Assembly (NCBI GenBank): GCA_027923505.1
Contig: BROI01000009.1
Coordinates: 1-64,000 of the forward strand
Reading direction: 5' to 3'
Source of the DNA: Mayamaea pseudoterrestris
Taxonomy: Eukaryota
DNA length: 64,000 nt
In this document: piece after piece, positions 34,165 to 48,100 of the stretch
Layout of the letters: each line of letters opens with the position of its first letter
Numbering within the stretch: position 1 is the stretch's first letter
The notes under the pieces: generated by a model
Told to the model about the DNA's origin: nothing
The model's input: only the letters and a program-made list of their open reading frames with translations
The model's database searches: none
Position numbers and translations under genes: made by a program

Positions 34165-35298
34165 GGTTAAGTCGTCTCGAGTGAAAGCAAGAAGAAGATT
34201 GTGATGTTGTTCCTTGGTTTCGTTGGTGGCGCGGCAAAACGGACGATTGACGGACATCGCCTGCGGGAATGAAAACAGACGTATGGCTCTTTCCGGTACT
34301 GATGTGAGCGTCCACTCGCATGCACATTGCACGACCGTGGCGAAGCTTTTGCAATGGACATCGTTACGCTCGTAAGCTTTAAAAATCGATCGAGACGCTA
34401 AATTTTTCAAGTAAGCAAACTAAGGGGTTGGAGAATTGCGACGTTACGATGGATATTCGTGAATGATGACGTCTCTTCCTGCGTTGAGCTTGGATGCGAA
34501 TGCGATCCATCATGCATCTTGCCAAGGAACTACATACATCGTACCTTCAGTACATGGCTGACTTTCATGCCTTCAAAGCGCTAAATTTACCGGCCTACCA
34601 CTTTAAAGACTTGTTACAGCGCAAACGATGCGAAGAGTTTGACCTTGTTGGCATTGCCTTCTGCTTCGATCGCAAGATTGCGCCAGCCAAGCAATTCGTC
34701 AACGACGAGCAAGAGAAAGCTTTACATCAACAATCACCATAAACAGCAGCAGCGATCAAATGGAACAATCACTAGCGAAACTAACAGGATGATTCAAACA
34801 ACTCGGGTATCGTTCATTGGGCATTTCCTTGGCATCAACGACGACTCGATTGGACGACGGCTCTTCATCACGACGACGGATGGCAGAAGCCGAGAATCTT
34901 TATGTCGACGACTGCATTTTCGGTGCATTGAAACGTACGAAAGTCTTTTTTACCCATAGCAGCAGCAACATTTCCTTCGCAAAAGTCCTTGTCGGCTTGC
35001 TTGTAAAGCTGATGAGAGATGAGAGTGACATTGGCGAGGATCTGAACACTTTGAACGGCAGCGCATCTTTTGAAGGAATCGAATCGCCGACTGTAAAGGT
35101 TGAAATTGATTGCTGATATTGGGAGAAAGTGTGGACAGCGGCAGCGACGACTAGTAAAAAGGGTAGGGCGACTGGACAAAGGAGCTTGTGGCAGGTTTCG
35201 ATGTAGTTATAAACGCGAAATGTTAACGCAGTAGTAACAATGAGCATAGTCGTCACCGGTTGCTACGAAATATATGTATTCATTATTTATTCATTCAT

Positions 35299-37584
35299 TC
35301 ACTTGCTTTCATCCATCTTGTCCGTGTCGGTACTGCTGTTGGTCTTTGCCTTTGGCGGAAGAGGAAACGATTGACTATCCGGGGTCGATGCAGCTAATGT
35401 TTGTTGGAAAGTTTTCGCTGGCGTGTCGATCATTGTCGGAGACGGCTGTGGTGAAGGCCTTCGCGATGACACTGCAACGGCGGCAGTGTTATCAAAGAGC
35501 GATGAACTGCCAGATGGTGCCGCAACTGAATTCGTAACTGCCGCTGCAGGAACATTCAATGTAGCATGATTTGCGCGTTGCTGCTGCTGTTGTAACTGTT
35601 GTGGCTGACTCGCATGGTTCTGCTGCTGCTGTTGGTGGTGATTGTTGTGATTATGAGTATGATTATTATTCGCCAAGGCAGCCGCGGCGGCATTCGCAGC
35701 CGCCATGGCAGCTTGCTGCTGGAGCGAGGCAGTGAGCATTTGCATCATGGCCAAGGTCGCTGGCGAAAGCACTCCAGCGGGCGAAGGAGGTGGCGGTGGT
35801 GGAACCATCATTCCTCCGTTGTTCATGTTCATGGCAGGTGCGACGGGAGTATTGGCAGGTGTCGCGCCCACGTTTGGTCGTGGCGTTGACGCTGCACCCT
35901 TCTTGTTCCCAGTGGCACCAGCTGTAGCATCCGTAGGATTCACCTTTTTACGCTTTCGGATTCGCTTGGGTGCAGTCTTTGTCGTATTACCGCCAGCTGT
36001 TGCACCACTACCAGTGGATGGACTCGCGTTGCTGGCGCTACCACCAGCGAGTGCACCAACGTCGACTGGAACATGACATAATCGTAGCGCCGTCACGTAG
36101 ACTGGATCGCGAGCAATCTCTGGATAATCCTTGAGCAGCTGCTGCAGTGTTTGCTTGAGCTGATTGGCTGTCGACGCATTATTCGTGGACTGTTGTTGTT
36201 GCTCCATGAGTGCCTTTTGCAACCGTTGGCGTCGTTGCACACTTTGCGCAATCTCCTCGTGCGCGTCGTGAATCTCCTTGACAACAGTTTCCGGCATGAT
36301 GGGATCGACTCGAGTGTAACCGCTACCGACGCAGTATCGGGCGGGTGTTTGATGCAACGCTGGCGTGGTGATTGACGTTGCCGTTGCCGTTGCATCAGCA
36401 ACAGCACCTGTCACTGCAGATGCATTTGAATCGTCCGTTTCATCCTTGACTTGATGGACCACACCGACAGCCACTAGTATTTGCAGCACGTCCAGCAAGT
36501 TGTCAAAGGGCGGTAGATTGTACTCCAGCTGTCCCGCCGTGAGTGGTCCATATGCCTGCAGCAAGGCAATCATGTTGGTGACGCAATCCTTGGTGCTGGT
36601 GCTGGTAACTGATGTTGTTGACGGTGCATTCGTCGAGTCCTTTGACGACGGAAAGAGCAGCTGCATCGACGGCGACGATAGTTGATCTACAATCATTTGC
36701 TTGGTAGGAATTTGAGGTTGCGCCGGCGGAGCAGTCTGCTGCGAAGCGATGGTGGGTGCTGCGCTCGATACATTGCTACTGCTCAATGGAGATGTAGTAG
36801 CCGTCGCTGCAGTCGGCACTGCCATGGTGGACGCAATGGCTGCAGCCGTTGCAGCTGCCGCAGAAGGAGCCATAAAGTTGGAAGCATGACTGCCTTTGGT
36901 AGCTGCTTGACTTGGTTTCAGTGTTGTAGTCAATGTAGTCACTGCTGGCTTGTTGTGGTTGCCTTCGCGGCGAATTTGATTCACTGTAGTAGATGCCGCA
37001 AGGGTAGGTTGACTGCTAACGTTGATGCTGCTGCTGAATCCACTGTCCTTGCGGACCACTGTTACGGAAGAAGACATCTGGCTCTTCATCTCAGTAGTAG
37101 CAGCTGCATCGACAGGTTTCGGAGCTTGCGATTTGATTTCAGTTTTCACTGTCACAGGATCGGAATGATTGGGTGCAACAATGGAAGCAGCCGTAGACGA
37201 GGCGGCAGTAGCAGCAGCCGGCAAGGTACCGATAGTCTTGTTCGCTTGCGTTGTGATTCCAGTAGTTTTAGTAAACGTTTGACCTTTTATAGGACCTGCT
37301 GCAGTGCTGGTAGAAGCTCCTCCAGGTTGTTGCGTCTGCGTGGAGCTGCTCGTTGCAGACGCTGTCGTGTGAGTAACTGTCGACTTCGCTGCTACTACTC
37401 TGCTTGCATCGACAGATGCATCAGATTTTTTAATGCTACTGCTCATGCTGACTTTATTGGTAGCTTGCGGAGCGCCCTTTGGCTCCATGCTTGATGAAGG
37501 TTCGGAAGTTTTGGATGATGCTGCTGCTAATGGTGCCTCCTCGACATTCGCTGCTGCAGTCGCCGCCGCCGCGGAATCACTCAT
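35299..37584 (-). CDS. Ser/Thr/Ala/Gln-rich hypothetical protein
   Basis: 761-aa ORF with a small central globular segment and a basic KRIRKRKK motif (possible NLS). Confidence 0.75.
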   Translation of the reverse strand: MSDSAAAATAAANVEEAPLAAASSKTSEPSSSMEPKGAPQATNKVSMSSSIKKSDASVDASRVVAAKSTVTHTTASATSSSTQTQQPGGASTSTAAGPIKGQTFTKTTGITTQANKTIGTLPAAATAASSTAASIVAPNHSDPVTVKTEIKSQAPKPVDAAATTEMKSQMSSSVTVVRKDSGFSSSINVSSQPTLAASTTVNQIRREGNHNKPAVTTLTTTLKPSQAATKGSHASNFMAPSAAAATAAAIASTMAVPTAATATTSPLSSSNVSSAAPTIASQQTAPPAQPQIPTKQMIVDQLSSPSMQLLFPSSKDSTNAPSTTSVTSTSTKDCVTNMIALLQAYGPLTAGQLEYNLPPFDNLLDVLQILVAVGVVHQVKDETDDSNASAVTGAVADATATATSITTPALHQTPARYCVGSGYTRVDPIMPETVVKEIHDAHEEIAQSVQRRQRLQKALMEQQQQSTNNASTANQLKQTLQQLLKDYPEIARDPVYVTALRLCHVPVDVGALAGGSASNASPSTGSGATAGGNTTKTAPKRIRKRKKVNPTDATAGATGNKKGAASTPRPNVGATPANTPVAPAMNMNNGGMMVPPPPPPSPAGVLSPATLAMMQMLTASLQQQAAMAAANAAAAALANNNHTHNHNNHHQQQQQNHASQPQQLQQQQQRANHATLNVPAAAVTNSVAAPSGSSSLFDNTAAVAVSSRRPSPQPSPTMIDTPAKTFQQTLAASTPDSQSFPLPPKAKTNSSTDTDKMDESK

Positions 37585-37754
37585 GTTTGTACCGGTAGAA
37601 TATTTTTCGTGATTTACTTGCTGCAGTCTATTCTTCCACCGCTTGTCGTTGATTGCTGCGTTTTGGTATGGTATTTCCTTTGGCTTTCAGATGCGATGCT
37701 CCATGGCCGAACGTTTCGCCGCGCATTGCTGCTGCGACGAGATACTACCGCTGC

Positions 37755-38777
37755 TACGTCATGAGGCAATAGTACGAAACGAGTGCCAGTGTCAATTACG
37801 TCATACGGCAATAGTACGAAACGAGTGCCAGTGTCAATTACGTCATGAGGCAATAGTACGAAACGAGTGCCAGTGTCAATTACGTCATCAAGGCAATAGT
37901 ACGAAACGAGTGCCAGTGTCAATTACGTCATCAAGGCAATAGTACGAAACGAGTGCCAGTGTCAATTACGTCATGAGGCAATAGTACGAAACGAGTGCCA
38001 GTGTCAATTACGTCATGAGGCAATAGTACGAAACGAGTGCCAGTGTCAATTACGTCATCAAGGCAATAGTACGAAACGAGTGCCAGTGTCAATTACGTCA
38101 TACGGCAATAGTACGAAACGAGTGCCAGTGTCAATTACGTCATAAAGGCAATAGTATGAAACGAGTGCCAGTGTCAATTACGTCATGAGGCAATAGTACG
38201 AAACGAGTGCCAGTGTCAATTACGTCATCAAGGCAATAGTACGAAACGAGTGCCAGTGTCAATTACGTCATCAAGGCAATAGTACGAAACGAGTGCCAGT
38301 GTCAATTACGTCATGAGGCAATAGTACGAAACGAGTGCCAGTGTCAATTACGTCATCAAGGCAATAGTACAAAACGAGTGCCAGTGTCAATTACGTCATG
38401 AGGCAATAGTACGAAACGAGTGCCAGTGTCAATTACGTCATCAAGGCAATAGTACGAAACGAGTGCCAGTGTCAATTACGTCATACGGCAATAGTACGAA
38501 ACGAGTGCCAGTGTCAATTACGTCATGAGGCAATAGTATGAAACGAGTGCCAGTGTCAATTACGTCATGAGGCAATAGTACGAAACGAGTGCCAGTGTCA
38601 ATTACGTCATGAGGCAATAGTACGAAACGAGTGCCAGTGTCAATTACGTCATCAAGGCAATAGTACGAAACGAGTGCCAGTGTCAATTACGTCATGAGGC
38701 AATAGTACGAAACGAGTGCCAGTGTCAATTACGTCATGAGGCAATAGTACGAAACGAGTGCCAGTGTCAATTACGTC
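37755..38777. repeat. Minisatellite, 24 copies of a 42/43-bp unit
   Basis: Core GGCAATAGTACGAAACGAGTGCCAGTGTCAATTACGTCAT followed by a variable GA, AC, CAA or AAA. Confidence 0.97.
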
Positions 38778-38879
38778 GCAAGATACTTATCACGTTGATC
38801 CCTTCCATCACGCTTTGATCCAACACAATCTTCATCGCCCTGCTGCCTTCCAACAATACTTAATAGATATAAGGCAAGA

Positions 38880-39874
38880 ATGAATCAACTATTGGCTCTG
38901 CTATATCTATTGCTATCGCTCACAAACCTGTCGGTTGCGCAGGAGAATTGCAGTTGCTCGTTTACCGTATCCGCCGACGATGAGGATGGATGCAAAGTCT
39001 ACGGACAGCTTGGAAATGGTGCGTCGCCAAAGACAAGGAGGAGAGTATGAGGCAATGGGAACATGAACTTTCTCATTCTGCTCACCTTTCATACTGTACT
39101 CATTTTCATGCAGACGTCTTGATTCCATACAATCGCGCCTCGCAGGATTGTTTGGATAAATTCAACATTCGCATCCGCGCCTTGGACACGGACCAAGTCG
39201 AATCGCTGTGCGGACCACCCGTCAGTGTCACCGGCTTGGTGAACTTCATCAAGTTTGACTCGAGCTCCGCAGCAAATGCACTCAAGAGTCAATTGTCGCC
39301 AATGTTCTTTGATAGCAACGAGGATGGAAGTGTCTACACGCTGCGAAGCAACATTACCTCGTCATCTGACGGTTCCAATTCACTCATTGACTGCACCGCC
39401 TCATCCAGTGACTGCTGGTCGGAGATTAGCAACTACTTGACGAATGATGACAAGGGTGCAGCCTTGCTGGAAACCATGTGCGACGAACTATACGCGCGCT
39501 TGAACAATGGCTACGAGCTGGAGCAGTCCACGGTGCGGATCGCCATTTGCAACGCCATTGCGGATACGCAAACGACAGGCAGCGATAGCTGCACCGACTT
39601 GTACGATCAAATTAGTGACATTCAGGCAAGTGACGCGGCTCCCAACGACTGCTCGGCGTTTGGACTTGGTCCGGCCGAAAATGAGATTCCAGACGCGTGT
39701 GTCTCGGGGCCAGCAACGACGACGGATGATGATGATGCAGCGACAGACGACGACAATGCTACTGATGATGGCGACGACACGAGTCGCGAGATCAGTGGAC
39801 GAGTAGAGTCGCAGTGCGAGGGTCTGCTGCTGCTGAGCTTTATGGTTGCTGTAGTCGTTGCGGCGAAAATGTAA
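38880..39874 (+). CDS. Secreted Cys-rich protein, possibly GPI- or membrane-anchored (intron 39019-39113)
   Basis: Signal peptide MNQLLALLYLLLSLTNLSVA; GT...CAG intron keeps the frame; Asp/Thr linker and hydrophobic C-terminus. Confidence 0.8.
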
Positions 39875-40181
39875 AAAGGCGTTGTTGATACAGTCTATGC
39901 TGGTGTTGCAGTAACATCCGTAATACGTCATTTGCATTTCAGATAATACTTGTTTTCTCTATTAGATGCACTTTGCATGCAACGTATGGTAGCTAGCCGA
40001 CACAGTGAACAAATGACACTCAACAACTTGCTTGCAGGAACAGGTTGTGCCGCCGCAAACACACGTTTCGTATTCTACACGTAGGAAGTCCAATTTTGAC
40101 ATGCAAATGTATCTACTACTTTATCGAAATAATTCTCAGCGCTGCTTTTCAATAAGCTTGTGCTGGAATCATCGGCGGCGG

Positions 40182-43100
40182 CTAATTTAGACCAAAGCAA
40201 TCAACGACGAAAACCTTGACAGCGCCAGCGTCGTCACGTACTCCAAGCTCAGCTACCTTGTGCTGCGACTCCAATTTTGTGCTAATATTGCCAAGACGCG
40301 GGTCAAAGAAGCAATAGTCATGTGGCAGCGCCAATGCTAGCTCCATTGAGGACGATGATTCCATTGCGAGACGCAAGTCGGCGAACGTGGAATCATGACT
40401 GACGCTTACCGCTCCAGTCATCGTCGATTCATTGTTACTGGAGCTTGGATCCATTGTTCGAATGATACAGCGCATGTGGCCGCGATCAAGCGCCGGTATA
40501 CGGCTGGTCGCTGCATGGTTTGATGCTTTTGTGACAGGCTGTCTTCCTAGCGATTCCTCCCAATCAAAAACAGAGTCGAGAATTGCTGCGTACTGCTCCG
40601 TCACCGTTGCTACTTCTGTGAGTGCATCGGACATTGTTTGCTTGTCATGCTTGCCAAAGGCTTTTTGAGGTAGATTGATGTTTGGATCCTCGTCAGCGTC
40701 ATACTCGAGTACGTTCGATGATCGCACCCAATCATACTCGTGGCTACCGAGGAACTCAACCAAAAAGTAGGAATTGCTGGACTTTTGTACCGATCGCTCG
40801 GCCGTTTCGCGAGCACGAACTAATGAATCTGATATCGCTTTTGGAAGACGTCGCTCGTTTCGTTCCGTAATCGTTGCGTGCCAATCTTCCCGATTTTCAA
40901 CTGGAGCAATGACTCCCAGACAGAGCGACGGCCAATATGGTTTGCTTGATTTGTCACGCGCATATATCGTTGTGACGACGTCGCCCCACATGCTAGAAGA
41001 ATCGACGCCGCGTGTATTTGCTTCGTGGACTGGAGTAGTCAGCTTCCAAAAGAAACGTTCGAGGCGCTGAGTAATTCGATAGAATTGCGACAATGACTTG
41101 GGCACGCAAGACAAAAGATCATTGTGAAGTCGATGCATGTTGTAATTGGGAGATGAGTCCTTTGACAAACTCGACATCTTTGCAACAAGCCCTTTCAGTT
41201 CGGTATCGAGATTGGTTCCACCAGCCAAAGCCCATAAGTCCTCATTGTCATTGTCATCCACGCCGCCACTTGACGCAACGTACAAGTCCAATTTAAAGCG
41301 AAGGTGATTGAGAATTCTTGCGGTAAACGGTACGTGACCGGAGTTCTGCATTCGTTTCGTGCGACTTGTCTCTCGCTCCTCGTACAATGGGTAAGCAACA
41401 TCGGATTTTGAGGAGGGCGGCTCTGACGGAAGCATGTATTCTTGCCAGAGCATGATAACATAGTCCTTTAAATGTGAAACGATGGAGACAGATAAAGATG
41501 CGTCTATGACTTGTGGCAACGAAAACACCTCTATACTTTGATCAAAAACGCGACAGAGTTCGTCAAGAATGTCCCGAGAAGTTTCGTAGCATCGGGCCTT
41601 TATACGGCTGGCGACGATGTCTAGATCAATCGAGTCGTCAGTATCGACTCGGTTGTAGTGATATGCCAGCTGCCAATCAAAGAAGGATTAGAGTCAACGC
41701 GTATAAGACCCACCCATTACTTCTACCTGCAAGTACATACCTCGGGATGACGTGATTCGAATGGTTTGCAAGCGTATTCTTTTATCAATGGGTTCAAAAA
41801 AAGTTGCGCCAACAATGCTTCCACATTGCGATAGTCAGCCGTGCTCACTTGTTTTCGTGGATACAAGAGTTGTGTCTTGGTTTTCGCAGGTGCAGTAACG
41901 AGACCGCGGGAGTATTGAGCGCCTGCGCCAGATCCGTCGGAAGATGTTGACGGCGCGTTAGGCTCGTCGCTCAATCGCATCTTCTTTACGTTGCGAGAAC
42001 CAGCTTGGACCGATTCCGACTTTGGAAGGAAGCTCAAAACAACGGGTACTTCAATCTTCATCGGGTTCACCTGCCACGCAAAGCCATATTCATTCAGCTT
42101 CTCGAAATGGTGTTGCTGTAGTGACTGCGACTTCAGCTTCTTGCGCAAAACATTTACCCACTGTCCAAGCTCAATGTGTTCGCGAGCCTTTTGTGGAACT
42201 CTTGCATGACCATACTTTTTTATAAATTTTTTCAACATCTTCAAATTTCTTTGAAAATGCGCCTCAAGCGCCTTTTGTGCGGGAGTCATGGATTTTGGAT
42301 CGGGTGGAGGTGGAAGATACTTTTTGACGCGGGTGTAAAACTCTTGTAGATCATTCGTGTCTTCAGTCGAGCGTTTTAGCGAGACGCTTACTACATCATC
42401 ATCATTATCATCTTCTTCTTCTCCTCTTCCTTCTTCGGCAGACACCTCCTCGGATGATTCTTCAAGTGCGTCACTGAGAAAGTCTTCCAAGCGAAGAGGT
42501 TGTTCTCTATGCTTTGTATCTAAAAAAGTAAAGTCTCGTTTAGAAAAAATCCAACAATTCTTGACCAGAAAAAAAGTGTACAATGCTTACCAAAAGACCA
42601 TGAAAAGCCCAAGCCATTCAACAGTTCAAACTGTTCCTGCGACAAAGCCTTGACTCGAAGACGCCGTCGAACACCTATGAACGAACAGCAGTATTTAGTC
42701 CACCTTCTTGACAAATCCACACAATGTACACAGCAGCGCACTTACTATTAACCCATTCCCCGAGACCGTCCTGAGCGTACGAGCGCGGAACCCTGGCATG
42801 GCCATGCTTCTGGACGTATGCTCGGAGCAATTGCAATCTGTTGCTGTCGAGTTTCCTTTGCGTCAACAACGGAAGACAAGCCTTGATTGCGTCCAAAGTT
42901 TCGCGGCTATTTACGGAAATGATTGGTTGTTTCGCAGAAGGGTTGTTGTATTCTCCAACGGGTTGCGTCGCTATTTTCGAAACAGTCGTGGTCAACGGCC
43001 GTTCAAAGCTCGCGGCTCGCTGCCTTGTGAATTGAGGTGGCGGTGGCAACGCTCCCTTGACATATGACAGCGAGATTTCCAAGGGCTGGCGAGTCCGACT

Positions 43101-44690
43101 CGATTTCCATACAAAGTGCGAGTCGCACAAGTGCTGAAAGCGATCTTGATCCAAGGTTTGCGCCAGCAATTTATGGCGCTGAGAGGAAACCCAAGCTCCG
43201 AGATCAATGTCTCGGGCAAAATGTTGAGGAACCAAGGCGTCGCCGTATTCTTGTACGTAAGCTTTTAATCGTGGAAGCATAGTGTCGTAAAACTGGATAT
43301 AATCTTCAAGCTGTGACGGAGTCATGCTAGCTGGATCGCGAGGAGGTGGAAGGCGCGCCTTGACTTTGGCAACCATGTCACGATATTCGCGCACTTGCGA
43401 TGGATTACTGGTCATAGCGGCGGCGCCTTTGGCAGCAGCCTCGCTTGCTTCAACTTTATCATCATCGTCCAGCACGTCCATTGACTCCGAGTCGGCGCGA
43501 ATCCTTCTCGTCGCCGTTTCCTTTGCTTTGCGGATTGGTCTAGCCGTCATTTCGTCGGTATCTTCCTCCACGCCGTGTACCACCCACACAAAACCAATCG
43601 ACTCTAGCTGAATTATGCGATCCTCCGAGAGCTGGCCTTGCTTGTAGAGCTTGCGCTGCTTGGCCGTCCAAGCCGCCAGTTTGGTATTTCGCACGTACCC
43701 GCCAGGCACCAGCGCACCTCCATCGTGCTTGTCGCTCCGCAAGCAATCGTACATGGAGATCCAGTCCTGGTCGCTGTCTTCCGCCTTTGACAAGTTGCCC
43801 TCCTCGTCGTTACTCTCCGAGCCGTAGCTTACTTCTTCGCCGTCAGCGTCTTCATTTTCATCGTCTCCATCTCCTTCACTCTCGTCATCTTCATCGTCAC
43901 TCTCCGCAACAATTTCATCCTCCAGCTTTGGAATTTCGTACTTGCAATCCTTGTACTTTGGGTGAACGCCGCCACGTGATTGAATGGGATTGCGGGAACT
44001 ATCAAGTCTAAAGCAAAAGCCGACTCGCTCAAGGCGTTCAAAATGGTCCGGTCGGAGTTGAAACTTGCGATACAACTTGCGCTGGCGCCTGCGAATATAA
44101 AGAGCGATGATGAGAGAACGGAATCAATGCCAAGCTTTTACAAAAGACTCATATAATTCGCTCGTTATGCTCGTGCGATACATTCCAGTCACTTACATTA
44201 CCCAGTTGCTCAGTTTCTTCTCCTTCGTGTTGGTGAGACGCTGCGGCACGGATACGTCGCCATGCTTGCGCTTCCACGCGAGCAGCCGCGCAAAGGAGGC
44301 GTCCCAATTCGAATTTGGCTGCAGAATGCGAGCTTCACTGTCACTGCTGCTGCCGCTTCTGCTGGTATTGTTGCTACGGTCGCTACTTTGGCTGCTATTC
44401 TCGCTATCGTCGTCGTCGTCACTGCTGCTTTCGTCAACTTCAATTTCAAATTTTGCAATTGGCTTGGGCTCATTTGTTTTCACTTGCGTCGTTGTAATTT
44501 TACGCGGTCTTCCTCTTCCGCGTTTAATCTGGCCTGTTGCAGCGCTTACAGTGGGAGGTTCATGCTTGACCTTTTTCTTCGTTCGCTTTGCCTTTGTTTG
44601 GAATGTCATGCTCGAACTTAAATAGGCGTTAACGCCACTCGCTGGACGATTGTACGATCGCAAACGAAGGCGACGGCGAGCTGAAGGCAT
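40182..44690 (-). CDS. Gene A: AT-hook, about five helicase-associated (HA) domains, degenerate bromodomain, PWWP-like domain; five exons
   Basis: KRGRGRPRK; repeated W...L..YK..HG...VP...LG.WV..QR...LE.IGF; PYWPSLCLG...FLVEFLGSHEYDWV. Introns about 44089-44196, 42675-42745, 42520-42590 and 41670-41740. Confidence 0.78.
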
Positions 44691-45151
44691 TTGAATTTAT
44701 GCAAGTGGAAGCAAAATTTCTAATTGTAAAATGGTTGCTGTGGAAACGAAAGATTCTTTGTGATGAAAGAACGAATGGCATCGTCATGGTGGTGCGGTGC
44801 TTTTTCTCGCGCGAAAAGATGCAAACGTGGTGCGACATGGAACGAACGCTAGCTATCATACCGGTGCGTACAACGCAGCTTCAGCGCACCTGTCAAGCTT
44901 GGAAAGATGGAGCAGACTTTCTATATGGCAATGCCCCTGAAGCAAGCAGTTCCTTTTTGTTGCTTTTGCAGTTGTGTATGGAAGAGGTTGATGAACACTC
45001 GCAAAAAAGCACCGTTTCCTATTTTGCTTCGCGACGCAAACTTGCGTCGGGCGCCAGAGCAATACCTTGTCGAGTACTGTCCCACCTGCAATTGTAGAAT
45101 AAGGCAATGCAATCATATTTTATATATTTATATATTGTTATTCGTGAAGAG

Positions 45152-48100
45152 CTATGAACGGCCGTCGCTGTAGATAGAGTTGATTGCCTCCGCAAACTCC
45201 TTCTCCACCTTCGCCATTTCCTCCACAGCCCTCGGCAAAGTTTCTTGCTTGAATCGCTTATTGAAGCAGACGGAAGGCAATTCACTGTTGGCGTCTTCGT
45301 GCGCATGGTAAAGGCGCGTATTTCCCGAGTCAAGCCAGCCAAACTGGTGCGTACCAAGGTATTCCACCAAGCAAAAGCAACTGTCAGGATCCTTCTCGGC
45401 CGCCCTTTCGCACTTGAGACGGACAGACTTGAGTCGACGCATATTTTCGAAAGGAAGCTTGCGCTCATTGCGCGCCGTGACAGCAGCATGCCAATCTTCA
45501 TGCATGTTTGAACCAGCGATCAAGCCGAGGCAGAGCGATGGGTAGAACGGCTTCGTGTTGAGCTTGTCACAGGCCCACATTATAGTCGCCACTTCGGCCG
45601 AAATGCTCGAAAATCGCGAGCCACGGGTGCAAGCTTCATAGAATGGAGTCGCAATCTTCCAAAAGAAGCGGTCTAGGCGATTCATAATCTTCTCAAAGTG
45701 ACGCGACGTGGCCGGAGCACACTCCTTTAGGTCATCGTAAAACGTCGTAATAGTGTAACCGATTGGCTCTACCTCTTGTTGCGTCATAATTGTCAACTTG
45801 AAACTCAACTCCTTGAGCTTGCCTTCCAGAATGTCGGCTTTATCAAATTTTGAAAGGTGCTCTGCATCCAATCCATCTAGCACGCCGCCCGACGAAAGAT
45901 ACTGGCCAAGTTTATAGTGAATATGCGCCAGAATTGCCTTAAGCAATGGTACGCCACAACGATGCTCGAATCGAGCCCTGCGGCTTGACGCGCGTTTTTC
46001 AAACAAGGCACATTCTTGATCGTCGTCAGAGGAAAAAGGACGATCGGACGGCAGCATGAATTCTTGCCAGAGCAACATGACGTAGTCTTTCAAATGGTGC
46101 ATGATGGAAACGTGTCGTTGCACTTCCTGTACCTGCGGTTGATTATATACTTTCAATGCTTGGTCAAAGACTTTGCAAATTTGGTCAAGAGCGTGTCCTG
46201 ACGAGGCGTAATCCCTATCTTCGATACGCTGCAACACCAAGTCCATATCGATGGGATCGGCCACGACGTCATCATGAATATCCGCAAGCTGTAAACGAAT
46301 GCATCCATATGAGACGCGTCAATATACCACTTCGATCGTGATCGACGCAACGCATTTGCTGGCTTACCTCGGGATGTCGTTCGCCGAAAGGCTTGCATGC
46401 GTACTCATCAACGAGGGGATGCCGGAAGAATTGCGCCATCATCTCATTCAGATTTTCGTAGTCGCTTCCAGTCATTGCATGGCTGTTTTCCAAGGCGTAA
46501 GATCTTGCTTTGAAAGACGCCGTGCTTAATTTCGAACCTTCAAAGCTTTTAGTGGATGACTTGCTACCATTGTTGTCGTGGCCTTGATCATTCAAAGTTA
46601 TCAAAAGGGATTGCTCTTTAGCATCCAAGGTGGCCGGGTTCTTGTGGTCAGACGCAACGTTTTGAAATTTTGGAGGAGGGAGCAGTAGTTTTCCTCGGAT
46701 AAAGTCCAGTTTCAAAGGTTTTGGCCTACGCATTGTATCACAGTGCCACACAAAGTCCAACTCGCACAAACTTTGAAATTCTCTCTGGTTCATTTGTTGT
46801 TTACGCAGTCGCTGGCGTTGCGCAAGTACCCATGCACCGAGTTCCCCGAATGAGTGGCTGGAAACCATTGTATCGCCGTGCTCATCGTTGTAGGCCTTTA
46901 GCATCTCCAGCAACTTCAGAAAATTCTCATGATGCTGCATTTCTACTTCGTCCATTGTTGCTGGCGTAGGAGGTAGCGGAAGGCAAGACTTGACTTCTGC
47001 AACCAAGGCATTGTAGTCGCTCGTCCGATTGCTTTCGTTTGGTAAACTCACCCTGCTAGGCGAGTCAGCCGCGGTATCAGGCAAAATCTCGCATTCTGTT
47101 CGGCTCACGGAGCATTTATCTATATTGTCCCGATCGTCGCTCTTTGCTTCAGTCGCTTCCTTTGAGGTGCCTCCGGTACTGATGTCTGATGCCTCGACTT
47201 TGTCGTCGGAAATCGAGGATCGATAGTTGCGATATTTTGGGTCCCTCCCACCCGTGGCCTGGCGTGGTTCGCCGCAGCGCGAGATGTGGAACGCGAAATC
47301 AATGCGCTTGAGTCGCTCCAAGTGGTCCGGCCGAAGCTGATAATTTTTGTAATCTTTACGCTGTTTGCTGGAATGAGAACACATGTGTTTGCGCAAGTAG
47401 AGAATTAAGATGGCATGAGTCACGAAATTAGCACTTGCTTTCCTGACTTAACTCTGCCATGTACTTACTGGACCCAGTGTGCCAACGAATTATCAACACC
47501 AACTCTTTTTCGCAACGGCACCAACGTGTCACCCATGCTCCGCTTATAGGCAACCAGACGAGCCATGAATGCGTTCCAATCGGGATCGTCTTCTAAAATG
47601 AGACGATAACTCTCGGAAGGGCTCGGGCTCGCATCACCATTCTTTGCCATAATTGTATCACTATGAGTATCATTGGCAGTAATGTCATCTCCGTTGTCGC
47701 TGTTGACCTCGTTCATCTCAATGTCGCTACAAACGTCTTCAATTTCTGGAATTGTGTATTCACAATCGTCATACTTGGAGTCGCTTCCGCCCGTGGCTTC
47801 AATGGCTCTTCGCGTTGTTACATCGCCTGGTGATACTCTAAAAGCAAAGCCAATGCGTACAAGACGTGCCAAGTGATCTGGTCTCAAAAGAAACCTGCGA
47901 TAATCTTGCCGTTGCTTCCTTTGGGTTGACAGGAAAGACAGGTGTGTGAGCATGCGCCATAAGTCACGTATATCACCTCAAACTTCTTACTTACCCTACC
48001 CAAACGCCAAGTGCACCAGAACTTGACAATAAAACCATTGTATGACCATGATCTCGCTTGAAAGCAACAAGTTCGGCAAAGAAACCGTCCCAAACTGGGT

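Noticed and set aside
34494..35116. Short plus-strand ORFs between SPB1 and the low-complexity gene
   Set aside because: They may be gene remnants, but I found no motif or convincing splice model.
37755..38777. CRISPR-like array
   Set aside because: The variable part is only 2-3 bases and recurs; there are no unique spacers and no cas genes, and the context is eukaryotic.
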